A stretch of 62,474 nucleotides of DNA, the filler included, from Kipferlia bialata (Eukaryota), in NCBI GenBank assembly GCA_003568945.1. It is 3 parts of 3 records of this genome, joined end to end, with 100 filler letters (N's around TTAATTAATTAA, not from the genome) between each part and the next. Parts side by side here need not be neighbours in the genome. Positions count along the whole stretch, not along the records: positions 30,378 to 53,899 come from BDIP01000126.1; 2 more parts are not named here. One strand, 5' to 3'. Under the pieces are notes generated by a model. The model was not told where the DNA came from. It was given only the letters and a program-made list of their open reading frames with translations, and did no database searches. Every line of letters begins with the position of its first letter. The stretch's first letter is position 1. The position numbers and the translations under genes are program-made. This document shows, in pieces, positions 39,624 to 53,899 of the stretch.

Positions 39624-39809
39624 GTGTCCGTAACCACAGCCAGATAGTGATCAAATAGAACATATGTTGAGTGTGTAGGAGATGTACTTTCTAGCTCTCT
39701 TAGTACTTGATCTATGTCAGTAATCCATATAGGTACGCTAACGGAGTGAAAACTCTTCAGTGATACACCTGAACCTGTCTATTCTTGCTGCCCAACATAA
39801 GAGAAAAAG

Positions 39810-40819
39810 TTAAAAGAGTCCCTTCTCCAGTCTGTCTCTCAAATATTCGATGTAGGGGGCAAAAAGGTCTCTCAACATCTTGAGCTTCTCGTCGTTAGGG
39901 ATGGCCAAGTGAAAAGGGATGTGCCCGGCTACCCTGTAGACATGGTCCATGGCTGCATCAGGAACTACCTTGGGGTCAGAGCGAACACAATGAGTATACA
40001 ACCATCTCCAACAAAGACTTTCACATACTACACAAATACATCACTTACCCGAAGTTCCCAACCCATACCAAGGCAATATGCGATGACTTGACCCAACCAC
40101 GCCCATCGTAGAGGGCTGGGGATTAGACACGGGTAAGACGTAATTGTAAAAGGGTCCCATGATAGGTTACACCATATCCTATATATAAACTATGATGCTA
40201 TTATTGAAGTGGTGGTAGTGGAGAGAGGTTCAATGGCAGCTAGTGGGCCTCGAGTCATTGATGACACTGAAGGATATAGAGAAATCGCCAGAGGTATTCA
40301 GGAGGGGTTAGACGTACCTATGAGAGATCGTGTTATCCACGGGCAGCGCCAGCATGAGTGACTCCTTGACTTGGGATGCCTGGCTAGGAGTGAGCTGGAA
40401 CTGAGCACCGGAACCAGTGGAGTTCACGAGTATCCTAGGGTGAGAGGTGTCTAATGACATACATCATATACCAATCAAACATACCCGTAACTAAGCACCC
40501 CTCTCCACCAGGTGTCCATCTGATCATCAGTCAGATATGCACACGGGTCATCCTCACCAATGTCTTCAAAGCTATCCTCCTCACCCCCATCACAGTCCTC
40601 TGGCTCCTCACCCCAAGCATCCATTATACTCATCAGACCCTCCTCGAAACCCTCTAGCAACTGCAATTCAGAGTCTATCAATTGGGGGTCAATCTTTGAA
40701 AAATCCGGATCCCAACGCATTGATCCCCAACACTCCATGCACTCTGAGATGGTGCTCCTGCCCTCGAACAGACTTGCACAGTCATGAGTCTTACTCTCTT
40801 TATCAGAGGACTCTTCCAT
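39810..40819 (-). CDS. Hypothetical acidic protein, about 4 exons
   Basis: ATG at 40819 (MEESSDK...). Exons 40819-40486, 40435-40318, about 40117-40049 and 39970-39810 have GT-AG boundaries and end ...LRDRLEKGLF*. Confidence 0.6.
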
Positions 40820-40976
40820 ATCAGGCACGGAAGAGAGAACAAGAGGCTCTTGTTACAAGAGCTCACAGTTTCCGATTTTCCGATTTTCAAAGGTGTCAGA
40901 CTCTAGAGAAATCTCTTTTTACCAGATCTCTATAGAGCTTAAAGTTGCCTTTAGTCTGCTAGGTCTAACTCAGCAA

Positions 40977-41599
40977 ATGCAAGACTTGCAGCAAGAGCAA
41001 AAGGATCTCCAGGACGTCATTTACAGGAGCAGAGATCAACTAAGTATCTGTAGTGAGAAGTACCAGATGTGAGTGTGTACACAACCAGATTCTGCGTTTG
41101 TTTCTGAGTTTGCTGTATCTATATGGGAATAAATAAATATATATATATATATATGTATAACATAATATATATACTCACATAAAGGTTGCTCCAGGACCAG
41201 AGTGAGAACCCAAGCGATGAGGACCTCCAACGCATACGCAGGGAGCTCTACTCCATTGATGAGAGGTAGGCACATGGATACAGGAAGACTTCCTGAGGAA
41301 GTGTATCACATGTCTCATAGTGACTCAAAGTCCATGGATGTGAACTGGAAAGCTGACACAGGGCCATTGACCTCGTCTGTGTTCACAACGAAGCGGTCAC
41401 CGTCCAACGGATGATGAAGGAGGACTACCTACTGTTGGCACACGAGAAGTGGAACCTGGAGTTTGCTGAGGTCTGCCGCGTTGAAGGGAAACGAGAGGAG
41501 GCAGAGATCCACATTAGGCGTGCCAATCTGATACATACATACCAGGTACACTCTAACTCCATGTCTCTCCTTGTCACGAGGAGTCCTTGTGCATTGTGA
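40977..41599 (+). CDS. Small hypothetical helical/coiled-coil protein, 3 exons
   Basis: MQDLQQEQKDLQDVIYRSRDQL...|LLQDQSENPSDEDLQRIRRELYSIDE|RAIDLV...EDYLLLAHEKWNLEFAEVCRVEGKREEAEIHIRRANLI. Splice phases are compatible. It lies head-to-head with the 40819 gene, 157 bp apart. Confidence 0.55.
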
Positions 41600-42334
41600 C
41601 TCTCACTGTGAGAGAATGAACAGAGCAGGTGCAGTATATTGAATGTGTTGTAGTTCAAATAGCGAGAGAGAGAGAGAAAGAGAGCGAAAGAGAGGTGCTG
41701 ACAGCTTGAAAGAGAGAGAAATGGATTGCCACAGTAATGGAAGCACATATTTCTATGGATAATTGCGAATAGAAGACGTTTGGTTTACGTGGACGGGTCC
41801 TAGGGTATGAACAGTACATTTACCCTTCAATACATTTCAGTATAGTCATTATGTACATATACCTGGCTGTAGGTCACCTGAACAACTCTAGCGGCGCATT
41901 TGTGTGGTTTCCAACTCACTCATAATCATAGTGCGGAGCACTGATACACACAGATATACATAGAGAGCGAGAAAGATAGAGGATTTATAGCACAAGGTAG
42001 AGTGTACAAGTACTCCTGGGTCAGCATACATAGGCATATCGTCAGGCCATTAGGATGGAGGTATGTATATGGTATACAATGGAGTATACAAAGAAATGTG
42101 AATATAGTACCTGCGTACATTGGTGAATATTCGTATACATAGGTACTTTGTCAGATGGGCACTGGCCAAGACACAAGGACAATAGGGTGCCTTGACTCAA
42201 GGTACTTAATGTAAGGAAGTAGGGATGTCTTGAGGATACGAAGTTGTGGGGGGACGGATACTGGAACTGATTCTCACTGACAGAGTGGGGGGGGGGGGGG
42301 GGGGGGGAGAAGGGGGGGGGGGGGGCCCCCGGCC

Positions 42335-42368
<34 letters not shown>

Positions 42369-42431
42369 ATAGTGTGTCTCCCGTTTCTACCTCCAAATCA
42401 TGCCCAATGCACATTGTACCCTGACCCCCAG

Positions 42432-45400
42432 ATCATGGCCATCCTGGACCTGTACATGTGGGCCCCCACCCTGAGGCCTGCCTCTCTCTCCATCGACACA
42501 TTCTCTGCCCCCATCGGAGGTAAGGACACATCTACTCGTCAGTATATAGGATGCTCATCGACTTGCTGTGTCTGACCCTCAGGTGGCCAGTATGAGGTCA
42601 ACATTCCGACTGGGTCTGTCTACACCGACTGGACCATGTCCACTGCCCCTCTCACCGTCTGCTACATAGAGACAATGTCCCCCAACGGACCCGAGGTGCC
42701 CGAGAGGGATGTGCTCAATGATGGAGAGGCCGAGATAGACGACGTGGCATACATGGCAGGTGAGGGGCAGTGTAGGGTGTTGGTTATATGAAGGATTCGA
42801 TTATATCCCTCTATCGTATGCACCACCGTCAGACCCATTCACCCCAGCCTCTGCCTGGGTTGACAGCAACTACCCTGCTGCTGAGGTCGACATCACCAGC
42901 TACAACACTGTATCCCTCGACTCCTCTTGTGAACAGGTATAGGTGTATTAGTAATATAGGGATAGCTGAAACTGACTAGGTGTATATAGTTAGACATATG
43001 GGTAGAGTCTGTTTCACCCCCCCACCCCAGGTCCTGCTTCCCTCCTACCACGCCGAGTGGTACCGCACTGAGGGACTGGCCCAGACCAACGGGGACGGCA
43101 CATACCCCAAAGTGGAGATGGAGGCTGAGGTGGGTATGGGAGATGGGTGTACTAGCCATATTTACTGTTGGACATATTGGAATGACAACTCACCCCAGAC
43201 CCTCACCCTGACCGCCGGCATCCCCCTGTACTGCAACTGGATAGACTATGGTGTTGACGCCGACCCCTTCTACGAGCTGTGGCACATGGCCATGAGGGCC
43301 GCATACGACAAGGGCCTGTTCCAGCAGGGTGCGTGGTGATTAGTGTCTCTCTCTCCATCTCATATACATACCTACATTCACCCCCCCCCCCTTACCCCAG
43401 TGTGCTCTGAGAACCTGTCCTCCGTCGTGTGTGCTGCCTCCGAGCCATCGTGGAGGATGCTGCCCGATGTGGATGGGGCACGGGCCCTGCAGCTGGTGGA
43501 GGCAGCCATCCCAAGGGTGCGTGGTGTATGTAGTGTTATGGTGCCTTCCCCTTCCAATCCCCCCTCCCCCCCTCCCAATACTTATTCTATTCTCTCTCTC
43601 TCTCTCTCTTTCTCCCCCCTCCCTATTGTCTCCCTCACTCTCAGGGTGTCCTGGCCACCGTCCTGGACTGGGGCTCTGTGTATGTCCTGGCAGGTGGGTA
43701 TGCACCCAGTCTGGTCAAGGCCACAGACGGAAACACATGGGGGGCCACAGGATACGATGCAGCATTCATGGAGGTCGGTGTGTTTATATTGTGTGATTGA
43801 GACTCAGATGGATACTTGAGTGTGATTGAATGCTAGCATCACAATGTACTGACCCCAGGTTGTGCGTGCTGAGTTCTCGACCCTCGTTGGCAAGAACATT
43901 GCCCTCATGTACCACTTTGACACCACCATGAACAACAGTGGCAGGGCAGCCGCAGTGGGGTCAGGAGAGGGGATTCCAGAGGAGCTGGCAGGTATCAAGA
44001 TTACCGATATTTAGAACATATTGTCGAGTATACCCTCCACCCACCCCAGGCGCCCCAGTGATTGGGTTTGGCCAGCTGACTGAGCGCCTCTCCCGTGCTG
44101 CGACCACACACTTCTCTGTACCATACGTCGTGTCTCCCTACACCCTGTATGTGACAAGTGCATACCCAGGGTGGTCTGCAGAGGTAGTGTTAGTGTGTGC
44201 AGTATAGTGTGTATATGCGCCCCCCCCCCCCCCTTTTACCTCCAGGGCATGGACTGGGACACATCGGTTGTCAACAACTCAGAAGAAATCAAGATTCTCT
44301 CAACAGACAGTGCTACCGACCTCATCGCCCCGTACATCGGTATGTGTAAGTATCAACCGTGTCAGTATACATGTAATGTGTGATACCGTAGTAGCCCTCC
44401 ATTTACCGTCAGGTTCCGGCAACACTGTCACCAACTTCAATACCGTCGATGGTCTGAAGGACTTCGATATCACGTATTCCCTTCAGATGCTCATTGATGG
44501 CACGCTGACAGGTGTGTGCGACAGGGGCTGGGCCTCTTTTACGTATTAGGCCCATACCCACTCCTCTTTCGAACTCCATGATACCCCCCCCCCCCTCCTG
44601 ACCCCCAGGCTACGATGCCATTCTGGCCATCGAGGTGGGTGTGGACCCAGATGCACTGACCGGAGAGGAGACCCTCACAACATTCGCCTCCCCCGTCGTG
44701 GCCCCTCAGGGTGAGTATCCAATGGTCCCACTTGTGTATCTTTTCTTGTGTATCTTTTCTCCCACCCTCAGGCATCTCCTTCCCCTATGGACCCCAGGTG
44801 ACATACACTGGCGATGCCCAGACCCGGTCTGACCTGTACCCCGAGTCCTACTACCTGTCCCTGGCCCTGGATGCAGCAGTGTCAGAGCTGATAGCCATCG
44901 GACACATCAGGTGGGGATGTGTGTGGATAGTAGTATTATTATGCATTATATCATATTGTACCATCTAACTGTGAATATTGATTCTCACTTCAGGAACTAC
45001 TACAGTGGCCTCACTGACGAGACTGACGTGGATCTGACCCTCCTCCTCGACACCCACAGCCACTCTCAGTACGACAGAGGTGGGGCAGATTGAGATATTC
45101 CAGTTCTGGCTCTGATGTATATCTTGCACAACAGAGCTGGGATCCACCTCATAGGGATACCCTATATCACAACTCATTCCAGGTCTCAACATGTGGCCTG
45201 ACCGCTCTCTCTTTGCTGGCAACGCTGCCGACTCTCTCGAGCTACTCCTCCAGGTGATATGCTGCCCATATATGGTTGACTGATATATTCAGGCTCACAT
45301 CTCATCCCAGAATGGAGGTGAGTTTGCCACCACCATCCTGCCCCTGGATGCCAACAGTGGCGCCGATGGGAACCTGCTGTACAGGACCCTTCTCGACATC

Positions 45401-48400
45401 ATCACGGCACACTACCTGGGGTCTGCCTGGGATGACGAGGATGCAGACAATGCCAACCACCTCAACACAGACGGGTACACCCAGGCAGGGACAGCCGAGG
45501 AGTACAAGGCTGCCCTGGACGAGGGAGCTGCCCACATGGGTGAGTAAGGGGTGATATGTACGTATATATTGGTGGGTGAGTTGAACGCGTTTAGTTTAGG
45601 GTTTGTCCTTTGTTATTTCAAGACGCAACTATCGTATTCCCCTCACCCCCAGGTTTGACCCCCCTGCCCTTCGATGGCCCCTCCTGTGACGAGAACTGCT
45701 TCACCCAGCCCCTTGGCTACACAGCCCTCGTGGCATACACAGCCAGTGTGTCTACAGGTGATGTGTGTGTGGTGTCTCTAGATGTGCCTCTGGGTGCACA
45801 GGAGATGCTCTACTCCGTATATGAGGACTACACCCTGGTGGATGTGGAGGACACCCTCGAGTGCAGCATCCTCGTCGGTGCCGCATACAACGTCCAGAGG
45901 TACATCGACGCCGGCCTTGTGACCGAGGCCAACTCCGAGGCTACCATGCCTCTCTTCGAGGGACTCATGTACCCAGTCGGATTCCAGTACGCATGCAACT
46001 TCTGGCAGCCCAACGTGGGAGTCAACGACTTCCAGGTGGGTGAAGCCATGTGTCGCTCATATCTTCATTCTCACTCTGACTGTTTACTCTGCCTCTCCTT
46101 TTGTCTCACCCTCAGGAGGTCTGGGACTACGCTGTGCGTCTGGCACACACCCAGGACACCCTGGTCAACCAGGGGGAGACCACAACTGTCCCAACAATCA
46201 GTGACAAGTGCACCGAGTACTGGGGCACAGACGGAGACGCTCTGTGCAACTCCTTCGACGGCATTATAGCCATGGCACCCAACTTCAACGACGACACATT
46301 CACAGGTTGAGAAGGGCCTTACATTTCACTCTCTCCTTGTTGTTCGCCTTCTCACCCCAGCCCTCTCTGACCAGCCTCTGTCTGCCATTGCAGGCCGTGT
46401 CAGAGACCTCATTGCCAGCACCCACCCCAACGGACTGCTGGCCACGGCCATATCCTGGAGGACCATCCCGGTGCTGCCAGGTGGGCATCATTGTGTGTAT
46501 ACTTACATTCGCTCTCTTAAGAAGTGTGCTATAGAGCCACTGACCCTCAGGCAACTACGCCCCCTCCTACACCCCTGGTGACTACTGGTGGCAGGCATCC
46601 GGTGTCGAGGCCACGTACATCGACAGGTGGGAGGCAGTCTGGCACACGATCATCATTGACACCTTCCTCTCATGTATCCTCTCACCCCCAGGGTTTTGTT
46701 CTGGTTCAGCTCCCTTGTGGGCCGTCAGGTGACCATGATCCATGACTTTGAGACAGACATGGCAGGGGCTGGCAACACAGGCAGGCTCAGCGCTGTGAGA
46801 GAGACCTTCAACCCCTACCTCGACGACATCCGTTCCTCTGGTGGCTACTACATGATGGCACTGGGTGAGCTGACAGAGCGCATCAGCCGCGGAAAGATCG
46901 CCCAGCTCTCGACCCCCCACAATTCTGTTGCCTACTCGGTTGCCGTGTCTGCTGCCTCCTCTGCCACCTCCTACACCGACCTGGATGTGGCTGGTTCAAC
47001 CATCTGTGCCACGGAGAGTGCCGCAGTCTTTGCCGCCAAGCTCCTTCCCTCTGCCTCTGTCGTGGGTGGGTACTCCGGCCTCTCTGCCATGCAGGGCGTG
47101 GTGGACGGCACATGCGACGGAGCATGCACCACACTCACATCCCTGATTGGGGCTGCGCAGGTTCGGTGTCTGCCTGGCATGATGTATATACATTTTATCC
47201 ATGTTAGTCGTGTCCATGTCCCTTCTGACCCCCCAGGATGCCTCCATCAACAATGCTCTCTTCTCCTACCTCGACCTCCCCATTGCATCCAACCAGGGCA
47301 TGGGCACTGCCTTTGAGGCACAGGTCCCAAGGTGGATGAGAGCATATAGTATTGGCACTCTCTTGTATTCCCTCCCATTCCCCTCACCCCAGGTCCACCG
47401 ACCCTGTGGCCTCCCACTTCATCAGAGCTGTCAATGCCGCCATCCTAGACAAGTGGTACACAGCAATCGTGCCAGCCCTCATCAGAAACAACGTGGTGAG
47501 TGACATGTATATGCACTGGTGTAGAAGTCCTGTTAGTCTCCCCCTACCTCTGTCCCTCACCCTCAGATGGACTTTGCCTCTGTGTCCAAGCCCTCTGGCA
47601 CCGAGACATGGCCTGATATGAGCGAGTTCATGGGAGACGACAACAACCTGCTGAACCAGTTCCTGCAGGGACAGGTATGTGTATGAATTACTTCTATACC
47701 CTTGTGGCAGACAATGATGAGTTGTGGATCTACTCTTTCTCCATTCTAGGAGGGACGTATGTGTCCCAGACCCCCATCGTAACCCATTCACCCCCACCCC
47801 CAGGTCCCCGTGTCCCAGGGTCTCAACCAGCTTGGCTGGACCTCCGCTGTGCTTGATGTCATCACCTCCACAATCATGTCACACTACAGCTCTGACGCAG
47901 ACGTCCTCATGGGACCAAGTGAGTAGTCTCAGTCAATTGTCAGCTGTGATATAATGGGTATGGTATTCCCCCTTCATGTCTCACCGCAGTGGTCTCCCGC
48001 TCTGCTGCCCGTGACTCCATCTACCACCTGCGCTCTGCCCTCATCGCCCAGCCCACTCTCTTCAGTGAGGTCAACTCCGAGGACGCATCCCTCACAGTGC
48101 CCATATTCCAGACAGAGATGGTGGCTGTCACCCCAGGGACCGTCAACAACGCATACACCGTGTGCTTCCTCCAGGTGGGTGGAGTCTGGGAGTGGACACT
48201 CTGGTTTAGTAATACCTTTCACATAACATCCCCTTCCAACCCCCAGGACGACTTTGTGTCTGACAACATCAACAGCATCCTGTCCAACCTGTCTGTCACG
48301 GCTGAGGCCATAGTCCAGTGGGACAGCTACCCAGCAGAGGGTAAGGCTTATGACTCAGCTCTCACTCTTTGCAACTCATATGGAGTGACATCTCACCCCA

Positions 48401-51400
48401 GACACTGACCTCACCTCCACCTGTGAGTGTGTGCTTGTGCCAGCCCACCTGTCCGACCTGGCCCTCTCCTGGTTCCCCTCTGTTGACACTGTAGACACCC
48501 TCGGTGTTGATGTTGGTGTGTCCTTCCCCATCTACAGCAACTGGCTGGACCCTTATGCAGGTAGTATGAGAGTATGTGTATGTAGTCGTAGTATCATATA
48601 CATCCATTGAATGTGCCATTCTCTCCCCTTGACCTATAGGCAAGGCCGAGTTCCTGGCCGTGTGGAACGAGGCTGTGCGTGTCTATTGGGCAGACTCAGA
48701 CTGCACATCCACCACAGAGGTAGGCTCATTGGCAGAGAATAGCATAGTCTGTTTGGGACACAAATAAGAATTATCCTCTCTGTCTAATCGTCAGGGCTTT
48801 GTCCAGGCCTGCAAGGACTCCCAGTTCAACATGTCTAACGTGTTCTCCGACAGTGTGTGCCAGACCATGTGCACCAACTCCCAGACCAATGCAGGTGGGG
48901 AGTATCTGTGAAGGAGTCTGCCAACCCCTTCTAATCTAACCCAGGTGTCACAACGAGCACCGACATCAACACCCTCATTGCTGCTGCCCAGACTAGGGTT
49001 GCTCCTCTCCTTACATCCACAGACCCCGCAGGACTCCTCCGGACTGCCATTGACTGGGCTCAGGTACACCCGCATTAGACACTCATTGTCTCTTGTGACG
49101 TTGACAGACCCACTACTTCACCCGCTATACTCATACACCCTCTCTCCCTCTGACTTCAGGTTGAGTTTGCTGTGTCTGTTGACGACACCCTCACTACATC
49201 AGCCGGCAGTGCCTCTGATGCAGCCATGTACAACGAGTCCGGCTTTACCATTGACATGGTGAATGACATCATGGGATACTTCAGCACCCTGGTCGGAAGG
49301 GACATCACAGTCAGGTGGGGCATGCTACATATGTGTATGGGTTAGGTTATGTCTCTTAAGTTTACCCTGACTATACACTCCATACTCCCCTCACCCTCCC
49401 AGATGGACCCCCCTGCAGAGTGACGTTGTGAGCACCTTTGCCGATGGGTACAACCCCAGGGCGTCCTGCTTCTCAGCCGGGGTGGGTGCATCCGACAGTG
49501 CCGACTCAGACTACCTAGGTGGGTGCATTAGTGTATATTATGAATGTGTCACTGAGTCACGCATGAACCCGTGTTTCCTCCTCACCGTTCAGGTGTCTTT
49601 GCTGGCGCCTCCTTCCTCCTGGATGAGATTGCAGTGGGCACTGTGTCGGTGAGTCAGGGTCTTTTGACATACATTGAAGATACCTCAATTGATCTATTCT
49701 CCCTCACGTTCTCTTATCACAGATCGATATATTGCAAGATACAAACGATGCGCCTCTCCTGGGTGACAGTGGTAGCCTACCCGCATACCTCCTCACCACC
49801 GCTGCCAACAAGGACAACGCCGAGCTTGTTGCCCTCCTAGACGGGGGGGATGTCACAGTGGTGACCGAGATGGGGGGCACTGCCATAGGGTCAGGTATCA
49901 CCAATCTCATTGGTCTGTATCCACTGCTAATGAAATAGCCTCAACGTGCCAAGTTGTCCCCCTCTGACTGCCAGTGCTTGAGGCCGCCCTGTACTGTATG
50001 CAGCTCAAGATGGAGGTCTCCTACGACTGTGCCTATCTGGGCCCTCTGCCCGAGGTGACCCCCGCCTCCTCCATGCTGGACAGCATGGGTATCGGCACCA
50101 CATCCATCGAGACCCAGCCCCTGATGGCGCCCTTCATGCCCGTGGTCCACTCAGACTATGACACAGAGGAGACATCCCTCGACCCAGACCACTCGGCTTG
50201 GGTCGGAGCAGGTAGGGGCCTATGTATGTATGTGCAAGTGACGTACTTGTGTCTATATCCGTATGTGTCATTCTTACAGAAACCCCCTGACCCATAGTGA
50301 ACCGTGCCATTGTCGAGCTCCAGTCCTTCGGCCATGTCAACAACCTGTATGTGGGGACAGTACTCAACGTCACACCTGGATACAACCCCAAGGTGGGGAG
50401 AATGTCTCATCTACCAACCGATATGCTGAAGTGTTCTACCAACCTTTCTTACCCCCCAGTCTCTCTATGCCTGGCCCGCCCTCTCCCCTGTGACTGGCAA
50501 CACCGATGACCTCCTGACACGCTTTGTCAGCACAGGTGTGGTACCCGTTGCCAGGAACACTGACCTCATCGACGACATCGGAGTCACCCTCTTCCAGGTA
50601 TCATCTGTCTCTATTATTATGATACTGACACTGATACTGGTACTGGTACTGAGTCACCCTCTTCCAGGTATAGTATCAATCGTCTTCCAGGTATTTTCTC
50701 TTCCCAAGTTGTTCGTTCTACTTGCTCATGTATGTCTCTTTGCTTACCTCAGGATGTTGTCGACTATGTCCTGTGCCACTACACCAATGACCCCACTGCC
50801 TCGGTAAGGACACATGTGGATATAGATGCTGAAACACATGAGTTATATGAGTGGATCACAAGCTCTGTGTAGATAACTCTCTGCCCAACACCTCTCTGAC
50901 TCTGCAGGCCGAGGTGCGTGTTGTGTCTGCCGGTGCCGGTGACTACACCGATGCCGAGGATGTCCTGGACCTTGTGTCCAATGGCAATGTGGCCATGATG
51001 GACAGCACAACCCTGGCAGACAGCGAGAGGTGGGGTGGGGCATTAAGGGCATTGACTCCCATTACTGTGTAGTATGCGGTATCTGACCCCAGGCGTGTTG
51101 TGTATGGGTTCACTGCCCCCATCGGCACCTCCACTCTTGTGGCACTACCTGTCAACCCAGACGGAGGTACGCAGTGTGTATACACAGTATCATGTACGTC
51201 TTGGGTATGTGTACTGTATCTGACACCCAGACACCGCTGAGTGCTGGGGCCCTGAGGCTACATCCTATCCTGAGGTCTTTGACTACTGGGTGAACTATGA
51301 CTCAGACTCCATGGACAGGTGGGGATGCGCTAGGTCCTGGGTTTGTGAATGTGGATATATACCCCCTCCTCAATCTTACCCCAGTGTGACCTATGCCGAT

Positions 51401-53193
51401 GTGGAGCACTGCCAGACCCTGGTGGTGCCTGAGTACATTTCCCCCCAGCTGCTAGAGCTGGGTCTGGTCACATCTGCCACCGGTGTTGCTGTGGAGGGTG
51501 CAGAGCCCATCGAGGTCTCCTTCCCTGTCTTTGTGCACCAGTGGTTCACAGTCGGATCAGGTATCAGACGTGCATGTTGCGAGTAACCCCGTCACTGTCT
51601 ATGTCTACCCCCCCCTCCCACCGCAGGTGTGTATGAGCTGGCCGAGGTCATGGGCATGGCCACCAGGCAGTGGCTGGCATCAGGCTGTGAGGACACGCTA
51701 GGCGATGCCACCCTATGCGGGGCTCAGGACTGGGCCGACTTCTCTCTCCCCAAGGCATACTACGGCCGTATCCAGGCCTTTGTCAGAGAGTCTGCCGCCC
51801 TCTCTGCCTTCGCCACCCTACGCGACTGGAGGATCCTCTATGGCATGTACACCGAGACAGACGCCACATACGAGTCATACGACTACCGCTCCTACGCAGG
51901 TATGGAGTGGTATCGTGACAATGTACTGTTATACTCTCTCCCCCCCCCCTTGCCCCCTGACCCCAGGTGGCCTTGAGAGCAGGGTGGCCGACAGCCTCAC
52001 CTCTGCCGTCGGGTCTCTGCTGGGCCAGCCTGACCTGACCATATCGATGGAGAACCCTAACCAGGACATCGTGTCCACCACTGCCCTGCTCGACGTCTCC
52101 CTCAACGACCTCGAGTGGTCACCCTACAGCCCCATGACATTTGGCAACGCAGTGTCTGCATCGTCCGGTACCAAGGGCATACCCCTGCCCCACATCAGGT
52201 ATTGGATGTATACACACACACACACACCATGGATATATATGCAGTACCTATTGTGCTGGTCTGCCCTCCTCCTCTCACCCCAGGTCTGAGTACAAGCTAG
52301 TCTCTGTCGCTCTGGATGCCAAGGACTTCAGCACTGTGACCAGTGTATGTACCGATGCAGCTGGGTCCCTGGTGCTCGAGGGCCTTGTGGACACTGACTC
52401 AGTGGGTACGGTCACAGCTGACACCGACGGCAACGAGCTCACCTTCTCTGCCTCCTGGGCCAAGCTGACAGACACCCTCGACTCCTCCTGTGACGCCATG
52501 CTCTACACTGAGTATGCCGCCATGGCCTGTGAGGACTGGCCCAGTGCCGATGCCTCTCTGGTGTCAACCGGTGTCTATGGCGTGATGGGTGCCACCATGC
52601 ACTCTGAGCCCAAGAACATCGCAGGCCCCGACACCGAGTACCGGTCCTTCTCCCCCTCTGCCCCTGTCCACCTACTGGGAGACCTGGCCACCATGTCTGT
52701 CGGTGTCACTGCCCCTGTTGTCGATGCCTCCACCCCGGCCTCCACCCCAGTCCCCACCGTGTCTGAGGATGGAGTCCTGTCCATCGTGTACCCAGACGGC
52801 ACGGCCTCGGACCCAGTCTCGGTCATGGGGGCTACAGGGGAGGCAGGTGCAGATGGAGCGGATGGAGCGGATGGAGCGGATGGAGCGGATGGAGCGGATG
52901 GAGCGGATGGAGTCGATGGAGTCGATGGAGTCGATGGGGCCCAGGGCATCCAGGGCATCCAGGGTGTACAGGGTATGCAGGGAGAGACCGGTGCCACTGG
53001 CGCCGCGGGCACCCCAGCCGACCCCGTCCTGTCCCTTGTGGGCATCGGGGCAGGGGGTCTGGCCCTGCTCGTGGGTCTCTTTGCGGTGGTGCATGGCTGC
53101 ATGCTCTCCTCCAAGCTCAAGAACCCCGTGCTCCGCAAGAACCCCCTTGCCTCCCCTGGGTCCCCCATGAGCCCCACAAGGAGCATTGTGTAA
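42432..53193 (+). CDS. Giant type I membrane protein: tandem periplasmic-binding-protein type 2 (SBP_bac_3-like) modules, collagen-like stalk, TM helix and short tail; 5' end missing
   Basis: Repeated SBP-like signatures: [14 protein letters not shown]...[47 protein letters not shown]...[52 protein letters not shown]. These are followed by 21 G-X-Y triplets, a hydrophobic segment [22 protein letters not shown], a basic tail and stop at 53191-53193. Confidence 0.75.
52828..53016 (+). repeat. Collagen-like (Gly-X-Y)21 segment including a 9-bp GGAGCGGAT tandem repeat
   Basis: GAT GEA (GAD)7 (GVD)3 [27 protein letters not shown]. Confidence 0.92.
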
Positions 53194-53849
53194 CATATGC
53201 GACACATGGAACTCTATCAGACTTGCACTCAGTGACTCTGTCTGAGCCTTGAATGCAACTGTAATATACAATGATGTGTGACAGTACTCGAGTGGGTGTA
53301 GTTGTATTCTTATGGCAATGGGTATTGTGAAATGGTGTATCAATGACATTCACACTGTGAATCAGAGTGTCATTATTGGCAATATTGCTTACCCGGACCC
53401 TCAATTTTTGGGGACTCGAGGAAACGCCGCAAAGTTGTTCAACTTGCAATGACAATGACTCTCTCTTCTTAGCAGAGGAGTGAGTGTGGTACTTTCTTTC
53501 ACGATTAGGTGTATGAGAGTGGAGTCAGTACCCCACTGGTACCGGGTACACTGACTGCGGTTGTCCAGGCTGTCCCCTCTAGGGTGTGGGCTGTCTTGGG
53601 CTTGAGTATGTGTATCCACTGACAAGTGACCCATGTCTGGCCCTATAGGTGTACTCAACCGGTGTTAGATGCCAGGTGACACTTGGGGTAGTCAGTGTCC
53701 CTGCGGCCGTTGTGCATAGACCCTGTCACAGGGTGGTCACATAGGCTATGGGTTAAGGTATAGACTGCTGCATCCATCCACAGTACCCCCACCTCACGGA
53801 TACATTCCACTTACCCCCTGGTGAAGGATCGACCTCTGGTTGGGTATAC

Positions 53850-53899
<50 letters not shown>

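Noticed and set aside
41860..42140. Possible minus-strand micro-exons (AG|gtgacctacagccag|GT at about 41878-41864)
   Set aside because: I could not assemble a coherent reading frame or recognisable protein.
42286..42368. Poly-G followed by poly-C, forming an apparent long hairpin
   Set aside because: Poly-C/G tracts mark contig ends throughout this assembly, so this is most likely a homopolymer-mediated join. The surface-protein gene lacks its 5' end right here.
52575..53349. Alternative-frame and antisense ORFs with ERM/SIR/PSA repeats
   Set aside because: These are shadows of the 9-bp collagen-like repeat. The GXY frame is continuous with the upstream exon and the TM segment.
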